Shown here in pieces: positions 20,409-33,386 of a DNA stretch of 64,000 bases; position 1 is the first letter of the stretch; each line of letters starts with the position of its first letter. Source of the DNA: Candidatus Cloacimonadales bacterium (GTDB taxonomy: Bacteria > Cloacimonadota > Cloacimonadia > Cloacimonadales > JAFGVF01); contig OY762964.1 in NCBI GenBank assembly GCA_963667035.1, forward strand, positions 1,952,001 to 2,016,000, in the 5' to 3' direction. The notes beneath the pieces were generated by a model. The model saw only the letters and a list, made by a program, of their open reading frames with translations, searched no databases and was not told the origin of the DNA. The translations under genes and the position numbers were made by a program.

Positions 20409-21380
20409 ATGCCTAAAGTGAGAATGGGAGTAATAGGACTTGGATATGTGGCTCTAAGAAGTGTTATTCCTGCCATGTCTGCCCATAGTGATATTGATAT
20501 TATTGTTTTTTATGATATAGATGGTGATAAATGCCGTAAATATGCAGAGGAATTCAATTGCCGTAGTAGTAAAACTATCGATGATTTCTTTGAGAATGAG
20601 ATTGATGTTGTATACATCTCTACTCCGACAGGGACACATTTTGATTTGGCTATGAAAGCTGCAGAGAAAGGGATTCATATTCTTTGTGAGAAATCAATGA
20701 CAGGCTCCTATGATGAAACACAAAAGCTTGTGGAATTCTGCAAAGCTAAGAAAGTGGCGATTCTGGAAGGCTTCATGTATCAACACCACACCCAGCACGC
20801 TTATGTTAGAGATATAATCTCAGAAGGTGTAATAGGAGATGTAATACATCTCTATGCTTCATTTGGCTTCCCGCCTCTACCAGAAGATAATTTCCGATTT
20901 AATAAAGCACTCGGAGGAGGAGCTCTCCTTGATGCAGGTGCTTATACGGTGCACTTCTGTAGAAACTTCTTTGAGCAGGAACCTGTATCCATCAAATCTG
21001 TTATTCACTATAATGATAAAGGACTCGATATTCACGGAAATGTAATCATGGATTTTGAGAATAATCGTTCTGCAAGCATGGTTTACGGTTTCAATAACTT
21101 CTATCAGAACAGTTATATTGTTTGGGGAACTAAAGGTAAACTCACTCTGGTAAGAGCTTTCTCACTTCCTAAAGATTTTGCGTCAACTTTGACAATTGAG
21201 ACTCATGGAGAGAAAACCGAGCTTGCGATGGCTCCATGTGACCATTTTGCCAAAGAAATTGATTATCTTATAAATAACTTATATAATGAATCAGAGGTCA
21301 ATCGTTGGTATGACGATGCTCTGGCACAAGCTTTAACCCTCAGTAAAATCATTAATAACGGAGAATGTAATGAAGACTAA
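20409..21380 (+). CDS. Gfo/Idh/MocA oxidoreductase, probable NDP-hexose 3-ketoreductase
   Basis: GVIGLG, HILCEKS, FGFPP, LGGGALLDAGAY; directly downstream of the 2,3-dehydratase. Confidence 0.8.
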   Translation: MPKVRMGVIGLGYVALRSVIPAMSAHSDIDIIVFYDIDGDKCRKYAEEFNCRSSKTIDDFFENEIDVVYISTPTGTHFDLAMKAAEKGIHILCEKSMTGSYDETQKLVEFCKAKKVAILEGFMYQHHTQHAYVRDIISEGVIGDVIHLYASFGFPPLPEDNFRFNKALGGGALLDAGAYTVHFCRNFFEQEPVSIKSVIHYNDKGLDIHGNVIMDFENNRSASMVYGFNNFYQNSYIVWGTKGKLTLVRAFSLPKDFASTLTIETHGEKTELAMAPCDHFAKEIDYLINNLYNESEVNRWYDDALAQALTLSKIINNGECNED

Positions 21381-22242
21381 AGGTATAATTTTAGCCGGTG
21401 GTTCCGGATCCCGTCTCTACCCTATCACAAAAATCTATTCAAAACAATTGGTGGCAATCTACGACAAACCGATGATTTACTATCCTCTTTCTACATTGAT
21501 TATGGCTGGAATAAGAGAAATCCTCATTATCTCTAATGAAGAAACGTTACCTTGGTATAAAGAACTATTCGGTGACGGTTCACACATTGGACTATCTATA
21601 GAGTATGCCTTGCAATCCCAACCGAAGGGTATTGCCGAAGCATTTATCATTGGTGAAGAGTTCATTGGTGATGATAATGTAGTACTCATTCTTGGTGACA
21701 ATATATTCTATGGCTACCTGAATTTCTTGCGTAAAGGTATTGAAGATAACGTAGATGCTACAGTGTTCGGCTACTATGTCTCTGACCCTGAAAGATACGG
21801 TGTTGTAGAGTTTGATGAGAATATGAAAGCTGTATCACTTGAAGAAAAGCCTGCTGAGCCTAAATCAAATTACGCTGTTCCGGGATTGTATATCTATAAT
21901 TCAAAGGTAGTTGAGATTGCTAAAAATATAAAGCCGTCTCCTAGAGGTGAACTTGAGATTACTGATGTTAATAAAGTATACTTACAGAATAATCAGCTTA
22001 GAGTCCGTCTTTTAGGACGTGGTATAGCGTGGCTAGATTCAGGAACTCCAGACTCTCTACTAGAAGCTTCCAGCTTTATCGCTGCTGTCGAAAAAAGACA
22101 GGGTTTGAAGATTGGCTGTATTGAAGAAGCAGCTTACAATAAAGGCTTTATTGATTTAGAGCAAATTAGGAAAGTCATCAATGACCTTCCGAATTGTTAC
22201 TATAGAGATTACTTAAAGAAAGTTATCTTAGAAAAGAAATAG
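21370..22242 (+). CDS. rfbA: Glucose-1-phosphate thymidylyltransferase
   Basis: GIILAGGSGSRLYP, YDKPMIYYPL, LILGDNIF, EEKP, RGELEITD. Confidence 0.95.
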   Translation: MKTKGIILAGGSGSRLYPITKIYSKQLVAIYDKPMIYYPLSTLIMAGIREILIISNEETLPWYKELFGDGSHIGLSIEYALQSQPKGIAEAFIIGEEFIGDDNVVLILGDNIFYGYLNFLRKGIEDNVDATVFGYYVSDPERYGVVEFDENMKAVSLEEKPAEPKSNYAVPGLYIYNSKVVEIAKNIKPSPRGELEITDVNKVYLQNNQLRVRLLGRGIAWLDSGTPDSLLEASSFIAAVEKRQGLKIGCIEEAAYNKGFIDLEQIRKVINDLPNCYYRDYLKKVILEKK

Positions 22243-22257
22243 TATTTCACAAATAAC

Positions 22258-22287
22258 AAAAGGGAACCGAATCGGTTCCCTTTTTTT
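22258..22287 (+). terminator. Intrinsic terminator after rfbA
   Basis: AAAAGGGAACCG-AAT-CGGTTCCC-T7. Confidence 0.8.
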
Positions 22288-22431
22288 GCTATATATTATT
22301 ATAAAAATAATAGTTGACCTACTCAAGTATACATCATATTAATTGTCTATAATATATCAAGAATCTGTATACATCTGTCAAAAGCATTGCACATTGGTGC
22401 GAACAATTAACACTTAAGCGACTATGGAGTT

Positions 22432-24738
22432 TTGATGCAACTATTATCTAAAAAAGTGTTTATCCTTGCAATTATAATAATTGCAACTACTTTATTGTTC
22501 TCAGCTATGGAGATAAAAGAGTCATACGATGAAGAATTAGGATTGTATGGTTCTAGTATCGTTTTACCTAAAGCATCTAGAACAGTAAGAACAATTACAA
22601 GAACCACAGAGCTTGACTCATTAGTAAGTCCTATTAACGAATATGTAATTATTGATTTTGGAGAGGTATCAGTGGGCACAATCTCAAACCTGACTTTTAC
22701 GGATACGTTAGTTATCATGGATAAGAGTCGAATTGTTATTGATGGCTCTGTAACAGTTGAAGGACAAGTAATTGTATATGGCGGTTTAACTGTTCCTGAA
22801 AATTCAACTCTTAATGTATATAACTATGTGAATGTAAATAGTTTTGGTCCCGTTTCTGATTATGATCAATTCTTTAAACTACAAGGGACACTAAGAGGTC
22901 ATGGTACATCAACTAATAAGGGTGGTGTCTGGGTCTGGCCTAATGGAGAAGTTATAGTTGATGGAGGAAGAATTGTCAACGCATACTTCGGACTTTATAA
23001 CTGTGGTGGTATAATTAAAATGGAACATGGTATTATTGATTCTTGCTCTCATGGGATAAGATGGTGGCGAGGAGAATTTGAAAACATGACTGGTGATCCA
23101 GCAAAGCATATTAATATTACTAATATCACAAGCTATGGTTTGAGATTACCTTATGACATCAATCTTGGTGAGCGTTCAATAAATAATATTAACTTTGATA
23201 ATGTCAACTTTGCAATTTACGGGCATGCTTCACAAGATTCTACCGTGACTATTAGTAATAAATTTAATTTCTACGGTGTTAATGCAACAAACACTTCACT
23301 ATTTCTTAGAAATGATAATAGATATAGTAAGCTATATCTGAAGGATTGCTCTGCCATAAATAGGAATACTCCATCAAATCTTGAAGCAGTGTTAATGAAC
23401 TCAGGTAATATATATGTAGAAGACTGTCATATTGTTGGGTACAATATAGGTTTCGATTTAAATGGTAGTTTACTTGTTGATCCTGAGTGCATAATAGAAT
23501 ATTCAAACATTGATAGTTGTACTACCGGTGTGTATTGTACTAGTTCAATTATAAGACTGAATGAGAACTCATTTAGAGAAAATCAGACAAACATATACTC
23601 TGTTAACTCTGTAATAAATGCAACAGGTAAAGATGGTAACAACATTTTTGAAGCAACTATTGTTAATATTAACACAAATACTGAGCAACTCAATATAAAC
23701 AATGGATATAACGATTTTTATAACGGAAATGCTAATCCATATTTTATTTATGTTGATACTTCTCTAACTTTCGGTAATTGTCATAATAATTATTGGGAGA
23801 ACAGTACCTATTCAAGCAGTACTGATACTGGAATAGATCCATATCCAAACTATGTCAACAATATCAATGATGTTTTCGAGCCTTATTGTTACTCCCCATA
23901 TAATGTATATAGACAGGAGAATAATTGCAGATTTGATATTGCTCAGAAAGAAATTAATGATGGTAATATTGAAGAAGGGTGTAGAATCCTACGAGCTATT
24001 TTGAATGATCATTTAGAGTCTGAAGCAGGTAATAGAATGTTATCGCTAGATATCTTGTTCTCATCAATGTATAAGTTAGGAGCCAGTTCAAATGACTTGC
24101 TATCATTCCTTGATTCTGTCATATCTGATTCTACTAGTGAAAGCCTCACTAACAACGCACTACGTTATAAAATGGATTTATATGCTGAGCATAGAAACTA
24201 CCAGCAAGCACTTACTATAGCAGATGATTTAATTGATAAGTCTCATAATGAAGAATCGGAATTGATAGCTATAATAGATTTACAATCACTTCTTTTGAAT
24301 ATGCTGCATGATGGATATACAGCTCCGAATACAAATTATACTTCTTACATCCGTCAAACGACACAAGAATATCTTAATGATATTTATAATAATAGACAAA
24401 AGCTTAAAGGTGCAGATAGTATTATAGATGATTCTCCAGGAGATGATTTTGTAGAATCTGCAAAAGTTATATTACTTGGGAACTACCCAAATCCTTTCAA
24501 TCCAACAACAACTATAGCCTTCAATCTTTCAAATGAAGATGATGTAATGATAAGTATATTTAACATTAAAGGTCAAATGGTTAAAGAGTTTTATTCACGT
24601 TCATATCCTAAAGGTTATAATACTGTGATCTGGGATGGATTAGGCAGTAATGGTCTAGTAGTCTCAAGTGGAGTATATTTTTATTCACTTAAATCCTCAA
24701 GTGGAACATATAATAAGAAAATGATTCTTATGAAATAG
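22432..24738 (+). CDS. Secreted beta-helix-like protein with FlgD-Ig/T9SS-type C-terminal domain
   Basis: Signal peptide, Asn-rich beta-helix-like region, helical region, C-terminus GNYPNPFNPTTTI..WDG..SSGVYFY..KMILMK. Confidence 0.75.
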   Translation: MMQLLSKKVFILAIIIIATTLLFSAMEIKESYDEELGLYGSSIVLPKASRTVRTITRTTELDSLVSPINEYVIIDFGEVSVGTISNLTFTDTLVIMDKSRIVIDGSVTVEGQVIVYGGLTVPENSTLNVYNYVNVNSFGPVSDYDQFFKLQGTLRGHGTSTNKGGVWVWPNGEVIVDGGRIVNAYFGLYNCGGIIKMEHGIIDSCSHGIRWWRGEFENMTGDPAKHINITNITSYGLRLPYDINLGERSINNINFDNVNFAIYGHASQDSTVTISNKFNFYGVNATNTSLFLRNDNRYSKLYLKDCSAINRNTPSNLEAVLMNSGNIYVEDCHIVGYNIGFDLNGSLLVDPECIIEYSNIDSCTTGVYCTSSIIRLNENSFRENQTNIYSVNSVINATGKDGNNIFEATIVNINTNTEQLNINNGYNDFYNGNANPYFIYVDTSLTFGNCHNNYWENSTYSSSTDTGIDPYPNYVNNINDVFEPYCYSPYNVYRQENNCRFDIAQKEINDGNIEEGCRILRAILNDHLESEAGNRMLSLDILFSSMYKLGASSNDLLSFLDSVISDSTSESLTNNALRYKMDLYAEHRNYQQALTIADDLIDKSHNEESELIAIIDLQSLLLNMLHDGYTAPNTNYTSYIRQTTQEYLNDIYNNRQKLKGADSIIDDSPGDDFVESAKVILLGNYPNPFNPTTTIAFNLSNEDDVMISIFNIKGQMVKEFYSRSYPKGYNTVIWDGLGSNGLVVSSGVYFYSLKSSSGTYNKKMILMK

Positions 24739-24779
24739 AGCTGATCATTATCTATGATTAAAGATTCTTGATAAAAAAC

Positions 24780-24809
24780 AAAAAGGGAACCTTTTCGGTT
24801 CCCTTTTTT
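24780..24809. terminator. Bidirectional terminator between the secreted-protein gene and the rRNA operon
   Basis: A5-GGGAACC-N5-GGTTCCC-T7. Confidence 0.75.
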
Positions 24810-24863
24810 GTTATAAAAAAATAAATGTCATTGACTTTGTCTTTAAAAGTCAACAGCGGCTGA

Positions 24864-24981
24864 AGATGGCGGCGATCTACTCTCCCACATCGTTGCCAAT
24901 GCAGTACCATCGACGCTGGTGAGCTTAACTGCTGTGTTCGGAATGGGTACAGGTGTATCATCACCGCAATTGCCACCATCT
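24864..24981 (-). rRNA. rrf: 5S rRNA
   Basis: Conserved ACACCTGTACCCATTCCGAACACAGCAGTTAAGC..GATGGTACT..GGGAGAGTAG on the minus strand; ends approximate. Confidence 0.95.
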
Positions 24982-25031
24982 TCAGCCGCTGCTTTGCGAC
25001 TATATTTGCTGGGATAGAGTATATAAAGTTT

Positions 25032-27906
<2,875 letters not shown>

Positions 27907-27961
27907 GAATATCCTCTATACACTCTATCCCACGTATTTCACTTTGTTAGATCTAAAAATA

Positions 27962-28037
27962 TGGTGGAGGTTAACGGGATCGAACCGTTGACCGCCTGCT
28001 TGCAAAGCAGGTGCTCTCCCAGCTGAGCTAAACCCCC
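27962..28037 (-). tRNA. tRNA-Ala(TGC)
   Basis: GGGGGTTTAGCTCAG..TTTGCAA..GGTTCGATCC..CCACCA, 76 nt, G3:U70 pair. Confidence 0.97.
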
Positions 28038-28043
28038 AAATGC

Positions 28044-28120
<77 letters not shown>

Positions 28121-28222
28121 ACTATATTTTGCTTAAAATTTATAAAAGTGAGTGAACAACTTACCGAACATTAATTATTGCAATGGAATCTGATTAAAAG
28201 ATTCATCGCTTTATACACCTTT

Positions 28223-29769
<1,547 letters not shown>

Positions 29770-29812
29770 CATAATTGACTTGTTGGCTTATTATTCACTC
29801 ACTATTTCTGAC

Positions 29813-29901
29813 TTCTTAAAGATCAACCTGTCTAACTTCCGCGTTTCCGCATCCGTTTCACAAGTGTTTCGACAACCTAATGAGACCCCTTTTAGAGTCA
29901 A
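29813..29901 (-). promoter_or_regulatory. Putative rrn promoter and boxA antiterminator
   Basis: TTGACT(29901-29896)-N16-TAGGTT; boxA-like TGATCTTTAAGAA at 29825-29813. Confidence 0.55.
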
Positions 29902-30340
29902 TAAAAAAAGCATCTTTTTTATTCGTATGTGGACACACATTTATATTTACTTTCTTTTTAGCATTGAGTTATGTAACTGATTTTATTTTTATCTTTAACA
30001 CTTTTATAGCTCTTTCTTAACCCCATTTTAGCTTTCATTTTCTGTTTTTCTCATTTTTTCTTCATTTTCTCTCATGCCCTCAGGTTTAGCTCTTTAACAA
30101 AGAATTTTGTGCCTCGAGAAAAGTGCTTTTATATATAGTATTTACTTAATATCTAATACATGATATAACGCTTTAATAATAGGATTAAATTCCATTCTCA
30201 ATCTTAATCAATTCCTATTCGTAATTTGTCATAATTATCAATCTGCTTTGTTCTTTTTTCACTCCTTTAGTAATCCGTCCAACTACGGATTTCTTTCAAG
30301 ATTCTCTCTCATTTCTATCTCGTTTCTCTCCCGTTGCTCG

Positions 30341-30384
30341 CAACGGGAGACCAACGGGAGAGCAACGGGAGACTAACCCGAGAG
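30341..30384. repeat. Four tandem 11-bp units preceded by an inverted copy
   Basis: caacgggagac caacgggagag caacgggagac taacccgagag; inverted tctcccgttg just upstream. Confidence 0.8.
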
Positions 30385-30447
30385 AATACAACGTCCTAAA
30401 TAAAGTAGACACATATATAACTGAGAGAAATTAAAGGTTTACAGAAA

Positions 30448-30915
30448 ATGAAACAGAAAACAGCATTATGTTATAGTGAAGTATTTAAACGTAAAGTAGT
30501 TAAAGAGATTGAGGATGGAGTTCTAACTATCTCCCAAGCAAGAACTATTTACAACATAGGTGGCTCCTCTACTTTGAAACGTTGGATTAATGAATACGGA
30601 ATAAATGATCGGATAGGAAGGACGGTACATGTTATGTCAAAAACAGAAGAGACAGAAAATATATTACTTAAAAGAGAAGTAAAAATGTTAAAGCAAGCCT
30701 TAGATGATGCCCAAGTAAAGGCAGTAGTTTATGAAGCTTTGATAGATATAGCCAAGGACAAATATGGTATTGACTTAAAAAAAAAGAGCGCATTAGGGCA
30801 GTCGATACTTCAAAGAATCAGAGAACAAGAGAGCGAACTCGAATCGGAGTCCAAGCGTCCTGCAAAGCACTCGGATGTAGCCGAAAAAGCTATTACAAAG
30901 AGAAGAAAGTCTTAG
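30448..30915 (+). CDS. IS3 OrfA (HTH)
   Basis: YSEVFKRKVV..STLKRWI HTH; coiled coil; A9-G slippery run at 30777-30786. Confidence 0.88.
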   Translation: MKQKTALCYSEVFKRKVVKEIEDGVLTISQARTIYNIGGSSTLKRWINEYGINDRIGRTVHVMSKTEETENILLKREVKMLKQALDDAQVKAVVYEALIDIAKDKYGIDLKKKSALGQSILQRIREQESELESESKRPAKHSDVAEKAITKRRKS

Positions 30916-31673
30916 AGCAAAAGATAGATTTTGAAGAAAAGGTAATCTCTAAAGTAATGGTTATACGTTCAGAAATACCGGAGACCGGAGGTCGTAAATT
31001 ACAGGAGCATCTTCTTGACCCTGAATATGGAGTTCCAATCACAGTTGGACGCGATAAGCTTTTTGATATACTCAGAGCTCATGGTTTGATGTTTAAACAT
31101 AAGCCTCGTAAGGTATATACATCTGTCTCTGACCCGGATCATCAAGTATATCCAAATTTATTAGAGAATCTGACAGTAACTCGACCTAATCAGGTTTGGG
31201 TAACAGATATAACCTATTTGCAGTTAGTAAATAGCAAGCATTGCTATCTATCAATAATGACAGACTATTACAGTCGTAAGATTGTTGGTTTTACAGTACA
31301 GAAAGACATGACGGCAGAAAGTACACTTGCAACCTTCAATAAAGCTTATAAGAGTATCAAGCCTGCACCCGGCTTGATACACCACTCTGATAAAGGTTCT
31401 CAATACACTTCAGGAATCTATACTAATCGATTGCAAGAGTGTGGAGTAGATATAAGCATGACCGGTCCTAACAAATGCTACGACAATGCGATAGCCGAGA
31501 GAATCAATAGGACTCTAAAGTATGAGTTTTATTTGAGAGATAAATTCAGAGATATAGAACAAGCTAGGAAAGTAGTCGCCGATGCAGTTTATCTTTACAA
31601 CAATAAACGCTTGCATTGTGCACTAAAGCTTAAAACACCTAATGAATTTTATAATAAGGCACTTGCATCTTAG
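30783..31673 (+). CDS. IS3 OrfB DDE transposase, expressed through a -1 frameshift
   Basis: The -1 frame is open from the slippery site (..CKALGCSRKSYY..); PNQVWVTDITY, HHSDKGSQY, YDNAIAERINRTLK. Confidence 0.88.
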   Translation, partial: KERIRAVDTSKNQRTRERTRIGVQASCKALGCSRKSYYKEKKVLEQKIDFEEKVISKVMVIRSEIPETGGRKLQEHLLDPEYGVPITVGRDKLFDILRAHGLMFKHKPRKVYTSVSDPDHQVYPNLLENLTVTRPNQVWVTDITYLQLVNSKHCYLSIMTDYYSRKIVGFTVQKDMTAESTLATFNKAYKSIKPAPGLIHHSDKGSQYTSGIYTNRLQECGVDISMTGPNKCYDNAIAERINRTLKYEFYLRDKFRDIEQARKVVADAVYLYNNKRLHCALKLKTPNEFYNKALAS

Positions 31674-31721
31674 TCATGCAAGTAAAACCATATTGTGGAC
31701 AACTTTCGTTCTTTAGAGAAC

Positions 31722-32840
31722 TTATCCATGATAAAAAGTGTCTACCTGCATCAGGACTTTACAAAAAATGGTGGGAGGTAACCCTTTAAAGTATCCAGTT
31801 TTGTAATTAGCAAGAAAATTCTTTCTAAAAGAGTCGCAGAATATGGGGATAAAGCATAAATCAGCAGTTTTAGCCTTAAGTCCATATTCTGCGACTAACT
31901 CAACGGGGGCCTTGTTACCTCTAGTCCTGATTTTACGAATATGGTTGTAGTAAGTCTGATATATGAAGACTTTACTAATGAAAGATATAATGTCTCTAAA
32001 CTCTTCATAATCATATAATTCTTGTTCTATGGTGTTGTGAAAGCTTTCTACATCACTGTTGAATGTTGGAGATTTTGGAGGTATACGAACATGAGTTACT
32101 CCATGCTTGTTTAAGATCTCTTCAAAGATTGTGACTCTACTATGAAGAGGTTCAATAAATTCAGTACCGTTATCTGTTTGGAAAGTAATATCATTAGGAG
32201 AGCAATGTAACCCTTTTAGGTATTCAATTACGTAATCCGCAAAAATGGCAGTTGAGAGATCATCTTTATAGTTTGTAAAGCCTAGAAATACCATTCCTGT
32301 CTTGTAATCTCTGGCAGTAATCTGAAACATAGGTATTGCACCGGACTCATATGCTCTACTCTGTTTAGCAATATCATTTAGATATTTAACATCGAGCTGA
32401 AGTTTCTGCATAGGCTTATAGTGTGCTCTTACAGCTGACATATCTTTCTTTTTCTTGTATCTTGTTTTTCTTTTCAGAACAAGCTTATGTCTCTTTAATA
32501 CCTTATGAACGGTCTTTGCTGAGTAATGCAGTTTCAGATTATTTACTATAGTGCGAGCTCCGGGATTGCCACGATCTTTACGTTCTTTGATGATAGCATC
32601 TTCAATATCTTTTGGCATCTTCAGAGGATGTTCCTGACCAACCCTGGACTTATTCTCGAGACCTGCCTCTCCAAGCTCAAGATACCTATTTCTCCAGAGA
32701 CGAACAGTCTTTCTGGTTGTGCCTAACATCCTAGCTGTTTCAGATATGCCATGCTGCATTGAAAGAGTATACATCTGATACCGTAAAAGAGTTCTTGACT
32801 TAAATTCTTTACTGAGTAATCTCATCTCTAAGTATGACAT
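31722..32840 (-). CDS. DDE transposase (HTH + rve), IS481-like
   Basis: N-terminal HTH, LQLDVKY, FQTDNGTEF, NSDVESFHNTIEQE, YNHIR. Confidence 0.85.
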   Translation of the reverse strand: MSYLEMRLLSKEFKSRTLLRYQMYTLSMQHGISETARMLGTTRKTVRLWRNRYLELGEAGLENKSRVGQEHPLKMPKDIEDAIIKERKDRGNPGARTIVNNLKLHYSAKTVHKVLKRHKLVLKRKTRYKKKKDMSAVRAHYKPMQKLQLDVKYLNDIAKQSRAYESGAIPMFQITARDYKTGMVFLGFTNYKDDLSTAIFADYVIEYLKGLHCSPNDITFQTDNGTEFIEPLHSRVTIFEEILNKHGVTHVRIPPKSPTFNSDVESFHNTIEQELYDYEEFRDIISFISKVFIYQTYYNHIRKIRTRGNKAPVELVAEYGLKAKTADLCFIPIFCDSFRKNFLANYKTGYFKGLPPTIFCKVLMQVDTFYHG

Positions 32841-33160
32841 AAGTGTCAGTATATCTGATTCTTAGATTGCTGGCACTCTTTTTTTGTAGGATATATATAA
32901 TCCAAGTATTCAAGGCGAATGTTTCATCCCCTCCATTCGCTACGCTCATTGCGTGGATGAAACATTTACTCTGCATTTCTCTAGAAATAATCCAATTCAT
33001 TAAAATATTCTTTTAACTGATTAACTGCATTTTTATCAAGTATATAACCCATAAAGACACCGGTCTCTATTGATGATATTATATCATGTAGTTTACGTAG
33101 TATTTTTCTTGGTAAAACTTTGACCTCCCTAGGGTGGATACTTTTAAGGGTCACTCGCCA
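31772..33160 (-). mobile_element. IS481-like insertion sequence (~1389 bp)
   Basis: Terminal inverted repeats TGGGAGGTAACCCTTTAAAGTATCCA (from 31772) and TGGCGAGTGACCCTTAAAAGTATCCA (minus strand from 33160); single transposase ORF. Confidence 0.8.
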
Positions 33161-33337
33161 AAAGCAAAAAAATGGGAGTGAATTAGGAGTGATTTGAGAG
33201 ATAGATAATAAGGCATTGAAAATTGAGAATGGGTAAAAATGTTATACCACTCCAGATAGATTAACATCCTTATGAAAGTGGATAGATATTGAAATGAACC
33301 GTTTTGACAATAATACTATATATTAAGAGCCATGTAG

Positions 33338-33367
33338 AAAAAAGGCTACTGAACAATCAGTAGCCTT
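33338..33367 (-). terminator. Intrinsic terminator after the C25 gene
   Basis: AAGGCTACTGA-N4-TCAGTAGCCTT followed by a T-run on the minus strand. Confidence 0.7.
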
Positions 33368-33386
33368 CATATTTAGCAAATACGTC

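Larger units (their letters stand above)
30387..31763 (+). mobile_element. IS3-family insertion sequence (~1377 bp)
   Basis: Imperfect 26-bp terminal inverted repeats (TACAACGTCCTAAATAAAGTAGACAC vs TGTAAAGTCCTGATGCAGGTAGACAC, 18/26); orfA/orfB arrangement; no clear target duplication. Confidence 0.88.
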
